A stretch of DNA of 64,000 nucleotides, from NCBI GenBank assembly GCA_947085325.1, contig CAMTVY010000001.1:15837-79836 (forward strand), written 5' to 3'. Position 1 is the stretch's first letter; every line of letters begins with the position of its first letter. Source of the stretch: an uncultured Gammaproteobacteria bacterium. GTDB lineage: Bacteria; Pseudomonadota; Gammaproteobacteria; SURF-13. Position numbers and translations under genes: made by a program. Shown here in pieces: positions 18,095 to 29,355 of this stretch. The notes under the pieces are model-generated. The model did no database searches. It was not told where the DNA came from and was given only the letters and a program-made list of their open reading frames with translations.

Positions 18095-21000
18095 ATGCGC
18101 GCTACCCGCTACAGACTGCACGCTGCGTTACACCGGCTGATGGCGGCAAGCCATATCACGCTGCACCATACCTGGAAGATGGCCATCGGCGCGACTGCCG
18201 TCATCGTTATCACGGCGGGGGTGATTCTCGGTGTGGCGCGTCTGCTGTCGCCCATGCTGGGCGAATTTCGCGGCGACATCGAGGCCTGGGCCAGCGCTGC
18301 CACTGGCCAGCCGGTGAAGATCGGTGGACTCGAGGCGGACTGGTCGGGGTGGCTGCCGCAGATCAAGCTGACCGATGTGCGCGTGTACGCCACGCAGGGC
18401 GAGCAGGTGCTGCTACGATTCAGTGATACGCTGATGCGCATTGACCCGCTGATTTATCTGCGCCACAGGCGCGTTGAGCCCAGCCATCTGGTGCTGGTGG
18501 GGGTGGATCTGTCGCTCATCCGTACGCCGGAAGGCAGTATCGTGTTGGAAGGATTCGAAGGCCGCGACCTGTCGGATGGCGTGTTCGTGCAATGGTTGTT
18601 ACGACAGGGGCGGCTCGATGTACGGCACAGCCGGGTAGACTGGACCGATCAGGAGACGGGTAAGTCACGGCGGCGTTTCAATGACGTGAGCTTCTTGCTG
18701 CGGACGGATGGTAAGCGACATCAGTTGAATGGCGAACTGGAGTTACCCGGTACACAGCCCGGGCATGTGACGCTCGCGCTCGATTTCGGCGGCGATCTTG
18801 CCGCCCCTGTCAGCTGGGGCGGCAAGATGTACCTGCAAACGCAGGATGTCGACCTGGTACAGGTGCAGGAGTTGCTGCAATGGCCGGGCGCGGTGGCATC
18901 ACAAGGTGCTGTTGATTTCATGCTTTGGGGTGAGTGGAGCGATACACGCCTGCAGCGACTGGAGGGCGAGGCTACGGCGCGCGACGTACGCCTCGTGGCT
19001 GCGGGGAAGCCAGTGTTGGAGGTGCGCCGGGTGAGTACGCAACTGCAGTGGCAGCGGGAAACGTATGGGTGGAATCTTGCGGCCGAGCGTTTTGTGATTG
19101 AGCGTGATACGGTTGCGCCTGCGATACGTTTGGCGGTTGTGTCATCCAAGGCGGCGGATGGATCATCGGTGCTGGATGCGCGTGTGAGCGAGTGGCGCAT
19201 CGAAGATGCCGCCGCACTGCTGCTGGCGACTGGTACGGCAGAGGCAGTGCTGCGAGCGCCACTTACCAGCATGCAGCCACGGGGTATATTGCGTGATGTG
19301 CGCGTGCGCGTTGCGTCACAGTCATCCGGCGGCACTTTCAAGAACTTCTATCTCAGCGCACGGGCCGAGGGTGTGCGTACGCATGCCTTCCAGTCCTTGC
19401 CCGCGCTCGATAATGTCAGTGGTATTTTGCAATGCGATGCAGACTCCGGCAGCTTCGAGATCGACACACATCAGGGGCATGTTGTGTTCAGCGGTCTGCG
19501 CAAGCCGGTGATAATCAAACGTGCAACCGGCACGCTGGGTTGGGTGCGTACGGATCAGGGTTGGCGCGCCGGGATCAAGGGCGTGGAGCTCAATAACGAT
19601 GATCTGAGTGTGCATACCAGCGGTGTGATCGAGTGGCCCCGCGACGGTTCATCCCCGAGCGTCAATCTGCGATCTGATTTTTCCAGCCCCAATATCGGGC
19701 ACCTGCCGGACTATCTGCCGGATGCGTTACCCGCACCAGCGCGCACCTGGGTTACGCGCGCGCTGGTGACAGGTCGCATCCACTCAGGCAGCGCGGTTGT
19801 GCGCGGGCGGCTCAGCGATTTTCCGTTTGATGGCGGCAGCGGGGTGGCCGAGATACGCATGATGCTGAGTGGGGCGGTGCTCGATTATGATCCGGGCTGG
19901 CCGTGGTTGGGAGATGTTGAGGGCGAAGTGATAGTTCGCGGTCGCAGTCTGGAGGTTAATGTTGTCTCCGGGAAAATACTCGACTCCGAAGTAAAGAAGG
20001 TGAGCGCCACGATTCCCGATATGACGCTGAAAGAGCCGCTGCTCACTGTGTTGGGCACAGCACGCGGCGCGGCGACCGATGTGCTGCGCCTGCTGCGCGA
20101 GAGCCCACTCAAGAATACAGTGGCAGGCTACGTGGCGGGCGTGAGTGCACGCGGTGGAATCACGCTCGATCTGGAGTTGTTGATACCGCTTTCCGCCCGG
20201 CCCAACCAGATCAAGGGTGCGTTGGCCTTCAAGGAGGGGGCGCTACGCTATGTGGATAAGCCGCAGGAGCGCGATATCGAGCTCACGCACATCAACGGCA
20301 CGCTCAGCTTCAGCGGCGACTACCATATCACCGGCAATAATATTGACGCCACCCTGTACGGCCAGAAAGTGAAGCTTGCGCTGCGGACGGAAACGTCGGC
20401 TGCGGCAGGCAACGCCAGACAGTTGCTGGCGATCGAGGCACGCGGCAAGACCGATGTTGCCGGTATCGTGCGGCAACTGAAACAGATCGCGCCGGACATG
20501 CAGGCACGCACGTTGGACTGGCTAAGCGGCGACACTGACTGGGTTGGGACGCTGTATCTGCAGGCAGCTGCCGATAATGCCTCTTTTGAGAGTGAGTGGC
20601 GGCTGGCATCTTCGCTGCGGGGTATGGCGCTGAAACTGCCCGACCCGCTCGGCAAACCCGAGACGGAGGCAGTGTCATTCATGGTCGAAAGTGCGCCGGC
20701 CTTAACCCCGCAGAACAGGCGCTTCAACCTGCATTACGGTAAGCGCATAAATGGCGCATTCGAATTAGCGCGCACCAACAAGGTGTGGGAATTGGCGCGT
20801 GGCGAGCTGTATTTTGGTGCGGCCAAGGCGACCTTGCCGCCACAGGGCCTGCGCGTCAGTGGTGAGGTTGAGCGGTTCGCGCTGACAGAGTGGCTGCAAT
20901 TTCTGGCCCAGGGCGACAACCGTGCAGGCGGTTTTACGGACAAGCTCAATGCCGTGGATGTACATGTGGGTGCGCTGGAAGTGTACGGTCAGAATTTCAG

Positions 21001-22012
21001 CGATATCCAGCTACGTGCGTCCCAGACGGCCCGGGCTTGGGAGGCGAATGTCAGTAGTGCGACGCTGGCGGGCAGCCTGCATCTGGCGCGCGAGAAAGAG
21101 GCCATGCTGGTGATGAAGCTGGATCGCCTGCATCTCGGCAAGGTAACAGGAGGCGTGACCAAGGGCGCGGATCCACGCCAGTGGCCGGCATTGCGGGTCG
21201 ATGTGGAAAATTTCAAATATGGCGATGCCAACCTTGGCCAGCTGCACCTTGATGCCGCCAAGCGCAGCCTCGGCTTGCGCATCGACAGCGTGAAGCTCAC
21301 ATCGCCAAACTTCCAGATCACCGGGCAGGGCGACTGGGTGATGGAGCAGGAACGACCCATGTCGCGCTTTACGGCCAAGGCCCGCGCGGATGACATGGGA
21401 AAAATGCTTACCGCCTTCGGCTACGACACCCCGGTCTCCGAAGGCAAGAGCCAGTTTGATCTTGCCGCCAGCTGGCCGGGTTCCCCCGCTGATTTCACGC
21501 TCGAGCAACTGAATGGTGACCTGGATCTGCGGGTAACCAAAGGGCGCCTGCTGGAAGTAGACCCCGGTGCCGGGCGGGTTTTTGGCTTGCTGAGCCTGCA
21601 GGCGTTGCCGCGCAGGTTGACGCTCGATTTCAGCGACCTGTTCTCCAGGGGGTTCAGTTTTGATCGTATCGAAGGCAGTTTCGTGCTGGAAAACGGCAAT
21701 GCCTATACCAATAACCTCGTCATGCAGGGTCCTGCGGCCAAGGTGACAGTGACAGGTCGCACGGGGCTTGCGGCCAAGGACTACGATCAAGTAGTCACGG
21801 TTCAGCCCGAGATCAGCGAGGGACTGTCCGTGGGCGCAGGGCTCGCGGGCGGGCCGATAGTGGGCTTGTCATTCTTTCTGGCCAACAAGCTGTTGCCGGG
21901 CCTCAAGGACATCGCAGCGTATCAATACACGATCAAAGGCCCATGGAAAGAGCCTGTCATTGCACCTGTCGAAGCGGGCAAGGCGGAGGACGCGAAAAAG
22001 ACCGCGGGCTGA
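18095..22012 (+). CDS. yhdP: YhdP family (AsmA-like) large envelope protein
   Basis: 1305 aa with an N-terminal TM anchor. Its size and its position immediately downstream of rng match yhdP (TIGR02099/AsmA2). Confidence 0.8.
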   Translation: MRATRYRLHAALHRLMAASHITLHHTWKMAIGATAVIVITAGVILGVARLLSPMLGEFRGDIEAWASAATGQPVKIGGLEADWSGWLPQIKLTDVRVYATQGEQVLLRFSDTLMRIDPLIYLRHRRVEPSHLVLVGVDLSLIRTPEGSIVLEGFEGRDLSDGVFVQWLLRQGRLDVRHSRVDWTDQETGKSRRRFNDVSFLLRTDGKRHQLNGELELPGTQPGHVTLALDFGGDLAAPVSWGGKMYLQTQDVDLVQVQELLQWPGAVASQGAVDFMLWGEWSDTRLQRLEGEATARDVRLVAAGKPVLEVRRVSTQLQWQRETYGWNLAAERFVIERDTVAPAIRLAVVSSKAADGSSVLDARVSEWRIEDAAALLLATGTAEAVLRAPLTSMQPRGILRDVRVRVASQSSGGTFKNFYLSARAEGVRTHAFQSLPALDNVSGILQCDADSGSFEIDTHQGHVVFSGLRKPVIIKRATGTLGWVRTDQGWRAGIKGVELNNDDLSVHTSGVIEWPRDGSSPSVNLRSDFSSPNIGHLPDYLPDALPAPARTWVTRALVTGRIHSGSAVVRGRLSDFPFDGGSGVAEIRMMLSGAVLDYDPGWPWLGDVEGEVIVRGRSLEVNVVSGKILDSEVKKVSATIPDMTLKEPLLTVLGTARGAATDVLRLLRESPLKNTVAGYVAGVSARGGITLDLELLIPLSARPNQIKGALAFKEGALRYVDKPQERDIELTHINGTLSFSGDYHITGNNIDATLYGQKVKLALRTETSAAAGNARQLLAIEARGKTDVAGIVRQLKQIAPDMQARTLDWLSGDTDWVGTLYLQAAADNASFESEWRLASSLRGMALKLPDPLGKPETEAVSFMVESAPALTPQNRRFNLHYGKRINGAFELARTNKVWELARGELYFGAAKATLPPQGLRVSGEVERFALTEWLQFLAQGDNRAGGFTDKLNAVDVHVGALEVYGQNFSDIQLRASQTARAWEANVSSATLAGSLHLAREKEAMLVMKLDRLHLGKVTGGVTKGADPRQWPALRVDVENFKYGDANLGQLHLDAAKRSLGLRIDSVKLTSPNFQITGQGDWVMEQERPMSRFTAKARADDMGKMLTAFGYDTPVSEGKSQFDLAASWPGSPADFTLEQLNGDLDLRVTKGRLLEVDPGAGRVFGLLSLQALPRRLTLDFSDLFSRGFSFDRIEGSFVLENGNAYTNNLVMQGPAAKVTVTGRTGLAAKDYDQVVTVQPEISEGLSVGAGLAGGPIVGLSFFLANKLLPGLKDIAAYQYTIKGPWKEPVIAPVEAGKAEDAKKTAG

Positions 22013-22130
22013 AGCCACAGGCCAAATCTGTTAGAATTTTGCATCCGCCGGTATGCTGGCACTGCATGCCGATACGTCAGTCCGGGCAGTGGATACTGAT
22101 ATTTTTAGTTACCAGAGAAGGAGGTTGCGT

Positions 22131-22658
22131 ATGAAACGAATCATTCTTATGTTCGGTGTATTGGCACTGGCACTGGGCGCGTGTGGCAAAGAGGAATCAA
22201 CCACGATTACACCGACGCAGCAAGAGGCTGCGCCCGCAACCCCGGCCCCTCCCGCACCTGTGACGATGACGGCGCCTGCACCAGAAGCTGCTCCCGCACC
22301 TGAACCAGCGCCTGTAGCGTCCGCTCCGGAAACCCCTGCGGCGGCACCAGTAGCACCCGCACCCGCTGCGGCTTCAGCCGGCGGAGTGCTGGACATGGAG
22401 GCGGGCACGGCGCTCGGCAAGCAGGGCGGCTGCTTCGCCTGTCACCATATGGAGCAGAAGCGTGTTGGCCCGGCCTGGAGTGAAGTGGGCAAGAAGTACA
22501 AAGGCGACGCGGGTGCGCGCGAGAATCTCATCAAGTGGGTGCACTCAGGCGGCACTGGCCGCTGGCAGATGGGTGTGATGCCGGCGTACTCCCCGCGCGT
22601 CTCCGACGCCGATATCGAGAAGCTGGTGGACTTTATCCTCTCGCTGCCCAGGGCGTAG
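22131..22658 (+). CDS. Lipoprotein-anchored class I c-type cytochrome (c551/c552-like) with an Ala/Pro-rich linker
   Basis: Lipobox LALGAC, about 70 aa of A/P-rich linker, heme motif CFACH, and c8-family motifs KRVGPAW...GGTGRWQMGVMPAY. A GAAGGAGG SD precedes ATG 22131. Confidence 0.85.
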   Translation: MKRIILMFGVLALALGACGKEESTTITPTQQEAAPATPAPPAPVTMTAPAPEAAPAPEPAPVASAPETPAAAPVAPAPAAASAGGVLDMEAGTALGKQGGCFACHHMEQKRVGPAWSEVGKKYKGDAGARENLIKWVHSGGTGRWQMGVMPAYSPRVSDADIEKLVDFILSLPRA

Positions 22659-22709
22659 CAGAGCGCGGCCCTGTTTATTATAGGGTGCAGACCAGGCCAG
22701 AAAACAAAT

Positions 22710-22733
22710 CCTCCCCCGTGCGGCAAGGGGGAG
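22710..22733 (+). terminator. GC-rich hairpin downstream of the cytochrome c gene (weak terminator candidate)
   Basis: CCTCCCCC-GTGCGGCAA-GGGGGAGG, an 8-bp stem. There is no U-tract on the + strand. An A-rich run lies upstream, so a T-run follows on the - strand. Confidence 0.3.
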
Positions 22734-22860
22734 GTGCTCCATGAGCCTTGCTCCCTACTCCTTCGGATGGGGGCCGCTGTATCGAAGGCCGTGAAGGCCG
22801 CAGATAGCTGAGAGGGGGTGGTTTAAGGTATAATTTCCCCTTGCACCAAGGGTTTGGACA

Positions 22861-24663
22861 GTGGTCGCTATCTCGCATATCCGTAACTTCTCCATCATTG
22901 CTCACATCGACCATGGCAAATCCACGCTTGCGGACCGCTTCATCGAGCTCTGTGGCGGCTTGACGGCGCGCGAGATGTCGGCGCAGGTGCTGGATTCGAT
23001 GGATCTCGAGCGCGAGCGCGGCATCACCATCAAGGCGCAATGCGTGTCGCTCAACTACAAGGCCGACAATGGCGAGACCTACCTGTTAAACCTGATCGAC
23101 ACGCCCGGTCACGTCGATTTTTCCTACGAGGTATCGCGCTCGCTCGCGGCATGCGAGGGTGCGCTGCTGGTGGTGGATGCGGCGCAGGGGGTGGGTGCGC
23201 AGAGCGTGGCCAACTGCTATACCGCAATGGAGCAGGGGGTCACGGTCGTGCCCGTATTGAACAAGGTGGATCTCCCCACGGCGGAGCCCGCGCGGGTGAT
23301 CAGCGAAATCGAGGAAATCATAGGCATCGAGGCCGAGGATGCGTTGCGCGTGAGCGCCAAAACCGGTCTCGGTGTCAGGGAAGTGCTGGAGCAGTTGATT
23401 CAGCTTGTGCCCGCGCCCGGCGGTGATGCCGATGCGCCGTTGCAGGCGCTCATCATTGATTCCTGGTTTGATAATTTTGTCGGCGTCATCTCGCTGGTGC
23501 GCGTAATGCAGGGGCGCATCACACCCAAGGACAAGATCAGGGTGATGTCTACCGGGCGCGCGTTCCAGGTGGAAAAGGTGGGTGTATTCAAACCCAAGCG
23601 CAGCGAGACACAAGGGCTGCAGGCGGGCGAGGTGGGTTATGTGATCGCCGGCATCAAGGACGTGAATGGCGCGCCGGTGGGCGATACGCTCACGCACGTG
23701 GATAATCCGGCCCTGAAGGCGCTCGCCGGGTTCAAGGCGGTGCAGCCGCAGGTGTTCGCGGGGCTGTTCCCGATCGACCCGGAAGATTATGTGGATCTAC
23801 GCGAGGCGCTCGGCAAGCTCAAACTGAACGACGCCTCGTTGCACTATGAGCCGGAAACCTCGCAGGCGCTCGGTTTCGGCTTTCGCTGCGGTTTCCTCGG
23901 CCTGCTGCACATGGAGATCGTGCAGGAGCGGCTGGAGCGGGAATACCAGATCAATCTCATCGGCACGGCCCCCACCGTGGTGTATGAGGTGCTGACCACC
24001 CAGGGTGAAGTGGTGCGCGTGGACAACCCGTCCAAGTTGCCGCCGCAGAACCACATCGCCGAGATGCGCGAGCCGCTTATTCGCGCCGATATTTTTGTGC
24101 CCCAGCAGTATCTGGGCGATGTGATCGGCCTGTGCGTGGAAAAGCGCGGGGTGCAGAAGAATCTGCAATTTCACGGCAAGCAGGCATCCTTGACCTACGA
24201 TCTGCCGATGAATGAAGTCGTGATGGATTTCTTTGATAGGCTGAAATCGGTGAGTCGCGGCTACGCCTCTTTCAGCTATCACTTCGACCGCTTTCAGGCC
24301 GCTGACCTGACGCGGCTGGACATCCTCATCAACGGCGAGCGGGTGGATGCGCTGTCGCTGATCGTGCACCGCGAACGCAGCCAGATGCGGGGGCGTGAGC
24401 TGGTGGAGCGGATGAAGGAGATCATCCCGCGCCAGATGTTTGAAGTTGCCATCCAGGCCGCGATCGGATCCCACGTGATTGCGCGCCAGACAGTCAAGGC
24501 GATGCGCAAGAACGTAATCGCAAAATGCTACGGTGGCGACATCTCGCGCAAGCGCAAACTGCTGGAAAAGCAGAAGGAAGGAAAAAAGCGCATGAAACAG
24601 GTCGGCAGGGTGGAGATTCCGCAAGAGGCATTTCTGGCAGTGCTTAAGACAGGTGGCAAATGA
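22861..24663 (+). CDS. lepA: Translation elongation factor 4 (LepA)
   Basis: [18 protein letters not shown]1 motif, DTPGHVDF and NKVD; 600 aa. GTG start. Confidence 0.95.
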   Translation: MVAISHIRNFSIIAHIDHGKSTLADRFIELCGGLTAREMSAQVLDSMDLERERGITIKAQCVSLNYKADNGETYLLNLIDTPGHVDFSYEVSRSLAACEGALLVVDAAQGVGAQSVANCYTAMEQGVTVVPVLNKVDLPTAEPARVISEIEEIIGIEAEDALRVSAKTGLGVREVLEQLIQLVPAPGGDADAPLQALIIDSWFDNFVGVISLVRVMQGRITPKDKIRVMSTGRAFQVEKVGVFKPKRSETQGLQAGEVGYVIAGIKDVNGAPVGDTLTHVDNPALKALAGFKAVQPQVFAGLFPIDPEDYVDLREALGKLKLNDASLHYEPETSQALGFGFRCGFLGLLHMEIVQERLEREYQINLIGTAPTVVYEVLTTQGEVVRVDNPSKLPPQNHIAEMREPLIRADIFVPQQYLGDVIGLCVEKRGVQKNLQFHGKQASLTYDLPMNEVVMDFFDRLKSVSRGYASFSYHFDRFQAADLTRLDILINGERVDALSLIVHRERSQMRGRELVERMKEIIPRQMFEVAIQAAIGSHVIARQTVKAMRKNVIAKCYGGDISRKRKLLEKQKEGKKRMKQVGRVEIPQEAFLAVLKTGGK

Positions 24664-25481
24664 ACGTTGATTTTGCAGCAGTGCTGCTGGCAGCAGTGGT
24701 CGTGAGTGGCGTGATATGGGCCTTTGACGCAATGCTGTTTGCCTCGCGCCGGCGGGCAGCGCTGGCCCACATGCGGGCGGGGGGCGCCGCACAGGCGGAG
24801 ATCGAGCGTCTGGAGCGTGGCCCGGTGCTGGTGGAGTACGCGCGCTCATTCTTTCCGGTATTCCTGGCCGTATTGCTGCTGCGCTCGTTTCTGGTGGAGC
24901 CGTTCCGTATACCCTCAAACTCGATGATGCCGACCCTGCTTACCGGTGACTTTATTCTGGTGAACAAGTTTACCTATGGCATCCGGCTGCCGGTGATCGA
25001 CAGGAAAGTCATTGAGATGAATACGCCGCAGCGGGGTGACGTCATTGTGTTCCGCTACCCGCTTGACCCCTCGGCCGACTATATCAAGCGGGTGGCCGGT
25101 GTGCCGGGCGATCATATCGCGTATTACAACAAGACCCTGCGTGTGAATGGCCAGCTTATGGCGCAGGAGTCCATGGGTATTTACACCGGGGCGGGTGCCG
25201 GTAGCGGCATGACCGGGGCGGATCTGCTGCAGGAGACCCTGGGCGACAAGGCGCACCCGATTCTGGTGCGCCCTGGCCAGCCCTCGGTCGAGGGCGAGTT
25301 CACGGTGCCGGCGGGGCAGTATTTTGTCATGGGTGATAACCGCGATAACAGCAATGACAGCCGTTACTGGGGCACCGTGCCGGAACAGAATCTGGTGGGC
25401 AAGGCCTTCATGATCTGGATGAATTGGGACGGCTCGAATGGTGGTGTATCATGGCGGCGTATCGGGACCAGCATCCAGTAA
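24660..25481 (+). CDS. lepB: Signal peptidase I
   Basis: [10 protein letters not shown] (catalytic Ser), [11 protein letters not shown] (Lys box) and [14 protein letters not shown]; 273 aa. Confidence 0.93.
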   Translation: MNVDFAAVLLAAVVVSGVIWAFDAMLFASRRRAALAHMRAGGAAQAEIERLERGPVLVEYARSFFPVFLAVLLLRSFLVEPFRIPSNSMMPTLLTGDFILVNKFTYGIRLPVIDRKVIEMNTPQRGDVIVFRYPLDPSADYIKRVAGVPGDHIAYYNKTLRVNGQLMAQESMGIYTGAGAGSGMTGADLLQETLGDKAHPILVRPGQPSVEGEFTVPAGQYFVMGDNRDNSNDSRYWGTVPEQNLVGKAFMIWMNWDGSNGGVSWRRIGTSIQ

Positions 25482-25519
25482 CGTCTAATGCTTGTGCCAT
25501 GTGAGCCACAGGGGGAGCC

Positions 25520-25891
25520 ATGTATAACAGCAATAAACAGGGCGGTATATCGGCGATCGGGTTTATCTTCATTCTTGGGCTGATCGGTGTATGTGCACTG
25601 ATAACGCTTAGGCTATATCCGGCCTATATGGAAAACTTCAAGGTCTCGTTTGCCATGGATTCGCTCAGCAGCCAGCCGGGCATAGGCGAGAAGCGCAGAA
25701 GTGAAATCACCGACATGTTGATCAAGCGCCTGGATGTAGACAATGTCGATCACGTCAAGCCGGCGAATATCGAAATCAGGCCGGGCGACAACGGCGGTTT
25801 TCTGCTGAGCGTTAAATATGAAATCCGCGGCAACCTGATGGGCAACCTCGACTTTGTGGTGCGTTTCGACAAGAGCGTGGAGTTGCGTTGA
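25520..25891 (+). CDS. DUF4845 domain-containing protein
   Basis: 123 aa with an N-terminal TM helix, in the conserved position between lepB and rnc. Confidence 0.7.
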   Translation: MYNSNKQGGISAIGFIFILGLIGVCALITLRLYPAYMENFKVSFAMDSLSSQPGIGEKRRSEITDMLIKRLDVDNVDHVKPANIEIRPGDNGGFLLSVKYEIRGNLMGNLDFVVRFDKSVELR

Positions 25892-26577
25892 GCGAAGCGC
25901 GCAGACGGTTGCATGAGCTGCTTGGATACCGCTTTGCCAACGCCGGGCTGCTGGAGGATGCGCTTACCCACCGCAGCGTGGGCGGCGCCAACAACGAACG
26001 GCTGGAATTTCTCGGCGACGCCATCCTGAACTTCATCATCGCTGCCGAGTTGTACCAACGCTTTCCCGAGGCGCGCGAAGGCGATTTGAGCCGGTTGCGC
26101 GCCAGCCTGGTAAAACGCGACGCATTGGCTGATCTGGCGGGCAACCTGAAGCTCGGCGAGCATCTCAGCCTGGGGCCGGGTGAACTCAAGAGCGGCGGTC
26201 AACGCCGTGCCTCCACGCTGGCGGATGCGCTTGAAGCCATTATCGGTGCCGTCTATCTGGATGGTGGCTTTGAGGCGGGCCGGACTTTCGTGCTGGGTCT
26301 GTACCGGGATGCACTGCAAAATATGCCGTCAGCGACAGGGATCAAAGACCCCAAAACCCGGTTGCAGGAATATCTCCAGTCGCGCCACAAGCCAACTCCG
26401 GAATACAGCATGGTCGAGGCGACAGGCGAGGCGCACGCGCAAACCTTCCGCGTTGAATGCCGTGCCGCAGGTATAGTGACCACCGAAGGCGTGGGCAGTA
26501 CCCGCAGGCGCGCGGAACAGGCGGCAGCAGAGCAGGCGCTCCGGCAGCTGGGGCAAAGTCAGGAAGGCGGCCGCTGA
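25888..26577 (+). CDS. rnc: Ribonuclease III
   Basis: ALTHRS...[10 protein letters not shown] signature and a C-terminal dsRBD. TTG start overlaps the upstream stop. Confidence 0.93.
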   Translation: MSEARRRLHELLGYRFANAGLLEDALTHRSVGGANNERLEFLGDAILNFIIAAELYQRFPEAREGDLSRLRASLVKRDALADLAGNLKLGEHLSLGPGELKSGGQRRASTLADALEAIIGAVYLDGGFEAGRTFVLGLYRDALQNMPSATGIKDPKTRLQEYLQSRHKPTPEYSMVEATGEAHAQTFRVECRAAGIVTTEGVGSTRRRAEQAAAEQALRQLGQSQEGGR

Positions 26578-27455
26578 TGCGCTCCGGATATGCCGCTATC
26601 GTGGGCCGCCCCAATGTGGGCAAGTCGACACTGCTCAACCACCTGCTCGGGCAAAAAATCAGCATCACCTCGCAGCGGCCGCAAACCACGCGTCACCGCA
26701 TTCTCGGCATCAAGAGCGGCAGCGATTTCCAGATCATCTACGTGGATACCCCCGGCCTGCACCAGGCGGGCAAACGTGCCATAAACAAATACATGAACCG
26801 CGCCGCGCTCACCTCCCTGAACGATGTAGAGGTGGTGATTTTTGTGGTTGAAGGGCTGCGCTGGACGGATGAAGATAGCTATGTGCTGGAAAGGATCAAG
26901 GCGCTGAAGGTGCCGGTAATACTGGCCGTCAACAAGGTTGACAAGATTCCCGATAAAACGGCGCTGCTGCCGCACCTCGGCAAACTACAGTCACAGATGC
27001 AGTTCGCACACATCATTCCGCTTTCCGCACGCAATGGCAGCAATCTGGCGGAGCTGGAGCAGGCCGTGAAGGCGCTGTTGCCGGAGGGGGAAGCGCTGTA
27101 TCCGGAAGACCAGCTTACCGATCGCAGCGAACGCTTCCTGGCGGCGGAGTTTGTGCGCGAAAAGCTCATGCGCGGCACCGGTCAGGAAGTGCCTTACGCC
27201 GTCACGGTGGAGATTGAGAAATTCACGCACCAGCGCGGGGTGCTGCATATTCACGCCGTGATCTGGGTGGAGCGCGAGGGGCAGAAGGCCATCATCATCG
27301 GCGAGAAGGGCGAGCGCCTCAAGCGCATCGGCACTCAGGCGCGCATGGAGATGGAGCGCATGTTTCAGTCCAAGGTATTTTTGCAGCTTCTGGTGCGCGT
27401 AAAGGAAGGCTGGTCGGACGATGCGCGCGTAATGGCGCGTATGGGCTACGAATGA
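26577..27455 (+). CDS. era: GTPase Era
   Basis: [13 protein letters not shown]1, DTPG, NKVD and a C-terminal KH domain. ATG 26577 overlaps the rnc TGA by 1 nt. Confidence 0.95.
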   Translation: MRSGYAAIVGRPNVGKSTLLNHLLGQKISITSQRPQTTRHRILGIKSGSDFQIIYVDTPGLHQAGKRAINKYMNRAALTSLNDVEVVIFVVEGLRWTDEDSYVLERIKALKVPVILAVNKVDKIPDKTALLPHLGKLQSQMQFAHIIPLSARNGSNLAELEQAVKALLPEGEALYPEDQLTDRSERFLAAEFVREKLMRGTGQEVPYAVTVEIEKFTHQRGVLHIHAVIWVEREGQKAIIIGEKGERLKRIGTQARMEMERMFQSKVFLQLLVRVKEGWSDDARVMARMGYE

Positions 27456-28237
27456 GTGTCGCGCGCGTCAGCCTGCAGCCCGCCTTTGTGCTGCACCATC
27501 GTCCGTACCGCGACACCAGCGCGCTGCTGGAGATTTTCACGCCGGAGTTCGGGCGCGTGGGGCTGGTGGCACGTGGCCTGCGGTCGGCCAAGTCGCGCCT
27601 GCAGGGCGTGGTGCAGCCATTTCATCCGCTGCTGGTTTCGTGGAGCGGGCGCGGCGAGCTGGCCACGCTTACCGGCTGCGAGGCAGGCGGCGGCATGATC
27701 AGGCTGGGTGGCCCGTTGGTCCTCAGCGGTTTTTACCTGAACGAATTGCTGTTGCGGCTGCTGCACCGGCACGACCCGCATCCCGCGCTGTTTGAGTGCT
27801 ACGCCCAGACGCTGCATGTCATGCAGCAGCCGGACAGTGGCGCAGGCGCAACGGGCGCGACGGAGCAGCGTGCGTTACGCATTTTCGAGAAGCACCTGCT
27901 GCGTGAAATAGGCTATGCGCTGATGCTGGATCACGAGGCGGAGAGCGGCGCACCGATAGAGCCCGGACGGGCGTATAATTACCATCTGGAGCGCGGTCCG
28001 CTGAGGGATCGCGCCGGCGTGTCCGCCGGCATTCGCATGCAGGGCAGCAGCCTGCTGGCACTGCTGCATGAGACCCTGCACGACACGGCGAGCCTGCGCG
28101 AAAGCAAGCATCTGATGCGCGCTGCGCTCGGCTTGTACCTGGGCAGCAAGCCGCTGCAAAGCCGCGAACTGTATATCGACTTTCAAAGGGATATGTCACC
28201 GGCACGGGTACCGCCCGTGCTGGAAAAGGCATCATGA
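27452..28237 (+). CDS. recO: DNA repair protein RecO
   Basis: 261 aa. [21 protein letters not shown]-terminal OB-fold pattern, in the conserved era-recO-pdxJ order. Confidence 0.9.
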   Translation: MSVARVSLQPAFVLHHRPYRDTSALLEIFTPEFGRVGLVARGLRSAKSRLQGVVQPFHPLLVSWSGRGELATLTGCEAGGGMIRLGGPLVLSGFYLNELLLRLLHRHDPHPALFECYAQTLHVMQQPDSGAGATGATEQRALRIFEKHLLREIGYALMLDHEAESGAPIEPGRAYNYHLERGPLRDRAGVSAGIRMQGSSLLALLHETLHDTASLRESKHLMRAALGLYLGSKPLQSRELYIDFQRDMSPARVPPVLEKAS

Positions 28238-28971
28238 ACAGCGAGATTCTGCTCGGCGTCAATATCGATCACGTGGCCACGCTACGCGAGGCGCGCGGCA
28301 CGCGCTATCCCGATCCGGTGCAGGCCGCCTTTGAGGCGGAGCAGGCCGGTGCGGATGCCATTACCTTGCACCTGCGCGAAGACCGGCGGCATATCCAGGA
28401 GCGTGACGTGGAGGTGCTGAAGGGCGCCTTGCAGACCCGCATGAATCTGGAGATGGCGGTCACCGATGCGATGCTGGCATTCGCCATCCGCATCAAGCCG
28501 CGCGACTGTTGCCTGGTGCCGGAGCGGCGCGAGGAGTTGACTACCGAGGGTGGGCTGGACGTGGCCGGGCAGCTTGCGCGCGTAAGTGAAGGCTGCACAG
28601 CGCTTAAGGCGGCAGGTGTGCGGGTCTCATTGTTTATTGATGCCGAGCTGCGCCAGGTCGAGGCCGCGGCGCGCGCGGGTGCGCCGGTGATCGAAATTCA
28701 CACCGGGCATTATGCGGATGCGCAGGACGATCACGCACGGGCAGCGGAATTGCAGCGTATCATGGCGGCCGTAAAACACGGCAAAGCGCTGGGGCTCCAG
28801 GTCAATGCCGGGCATGGCCTGCACTACCATAACGTTTCGACCATTGCCGCCCTGGCGGAAGTGAGCGAACTCAACATAGGGCACGCGATTGTGGCGCGAG
28901 CTGTATTTACCGGATTTGCCGAGGCGGTGCGCGAGATGAAGCGCCTGATGCGCGAGGCGCGCCGTGGCTGA
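28234..28971 (+). CDS. pdxJ: Pyridoxine 5'-phosphate synthase
   Basis: [28 protein letters not shown] and EIHTG motifs; 245 aa. Confidence 0.95.
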   Translation: MNSEILLGVNIDHVATLREARGTRYPDPVQAAFEAEQAGADAITLHLREDRRHIQERDVEVLKGALQTRMNLEMAVTDAMLAFAIRIKPRDCCLVPERREELTTEGGLDVAGQLARVSEGCTALKAAGVRVSLFIDAELRQVEAAARAGAPVIEIHTGHYADAQDDHARAAELQRIMAAVKHGKALGLQVNAGHGLHYHNVSTIAALAEVSELNIGHAIVARAVFTGFAEAVREMKRLMREARRG

Positions 28972-29353
28972 GCGCATCTTCGGCATTGGCACCGACATCG
29001 TGCGCGTGTCGCGCATGCAGGCGAGTCTCACGCGTTACGGCGAGAAGTTCGCGCGCCGCATCCTCACGCTCAACGAGCTCGCTGACTTCGCCCGCTGCGA
29101 ACGTCCGGCCCATTTCCTCGCCAAGCGCTTCGCCGCCAAGGAGGCGGCGGTCAAGGCGCTGGGGCTGGGTTTTAGCGCGGGCCTGACACCGCGGCATATT
29201 GGCGTCGGTCACGAAAGCAACGGCAAGCCGGTGCTGGAGTATCATGGCAAGGCCAGCGCACTGGTGAAAAAGATAGGTATCAGTGCCGGGCATGTCAGCA
29301 TTGCCGATGAAGATGACCACGCCGTGGCGTTTGTCACGCTGATCACGGAATAA
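28964..29353 (+). CDS. acpS: Holo-[acyl-carrier-protein] synthase
   Basis: [14 protein letters not shown]-terminus and [12 protein letters not shown] motif; 129 aa. GTG start. Confidence 0.92.
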   Translation: MAERIFGIGTDIVRVSRMQASLTRYGEKFARRILTLNELADFARCERPAHFLAKRFAAKEAAVKALGLGFSAGLTPRHIGVGHESNGKPVLEYHGKASALVKKIGISAGHVSIADEDDHAVAFVTLITE

Positions 29354-29355
29354 GC

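Noticed and set aside
16989-18095. 368-codon ORF antisense to rng. Similar long antisense or out-of-frame ORFs include 3362-4132, 9022-9879, 21011-21790, 23797-24918, 35107-36330, 36454-37593, 48589-49569, 49597-50622, 53550-54578, 54809-55810, 55071-56183, 57514-58446 and 59102-60034.
   Set aside because: All of them lie opposite or out of frame to genes with unambiguous conserved motifs. Their products are Arg/Ala/Gly/His-rich low-complexity strings, typical of stop-codon-poor frames in high-GC DNA.
22200-22390. Repetitive GCACC/GCGCC-rich stretch that could be mistaken for a tandem-repeat or CRISPR-like array.
   Set aside because: It is the in-frame Ala/Pro-rich linker of the lipoprotein cytochrome c. 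There is no regular repeat-spacer structure, and no CRISPR array exists anywhere in the window.
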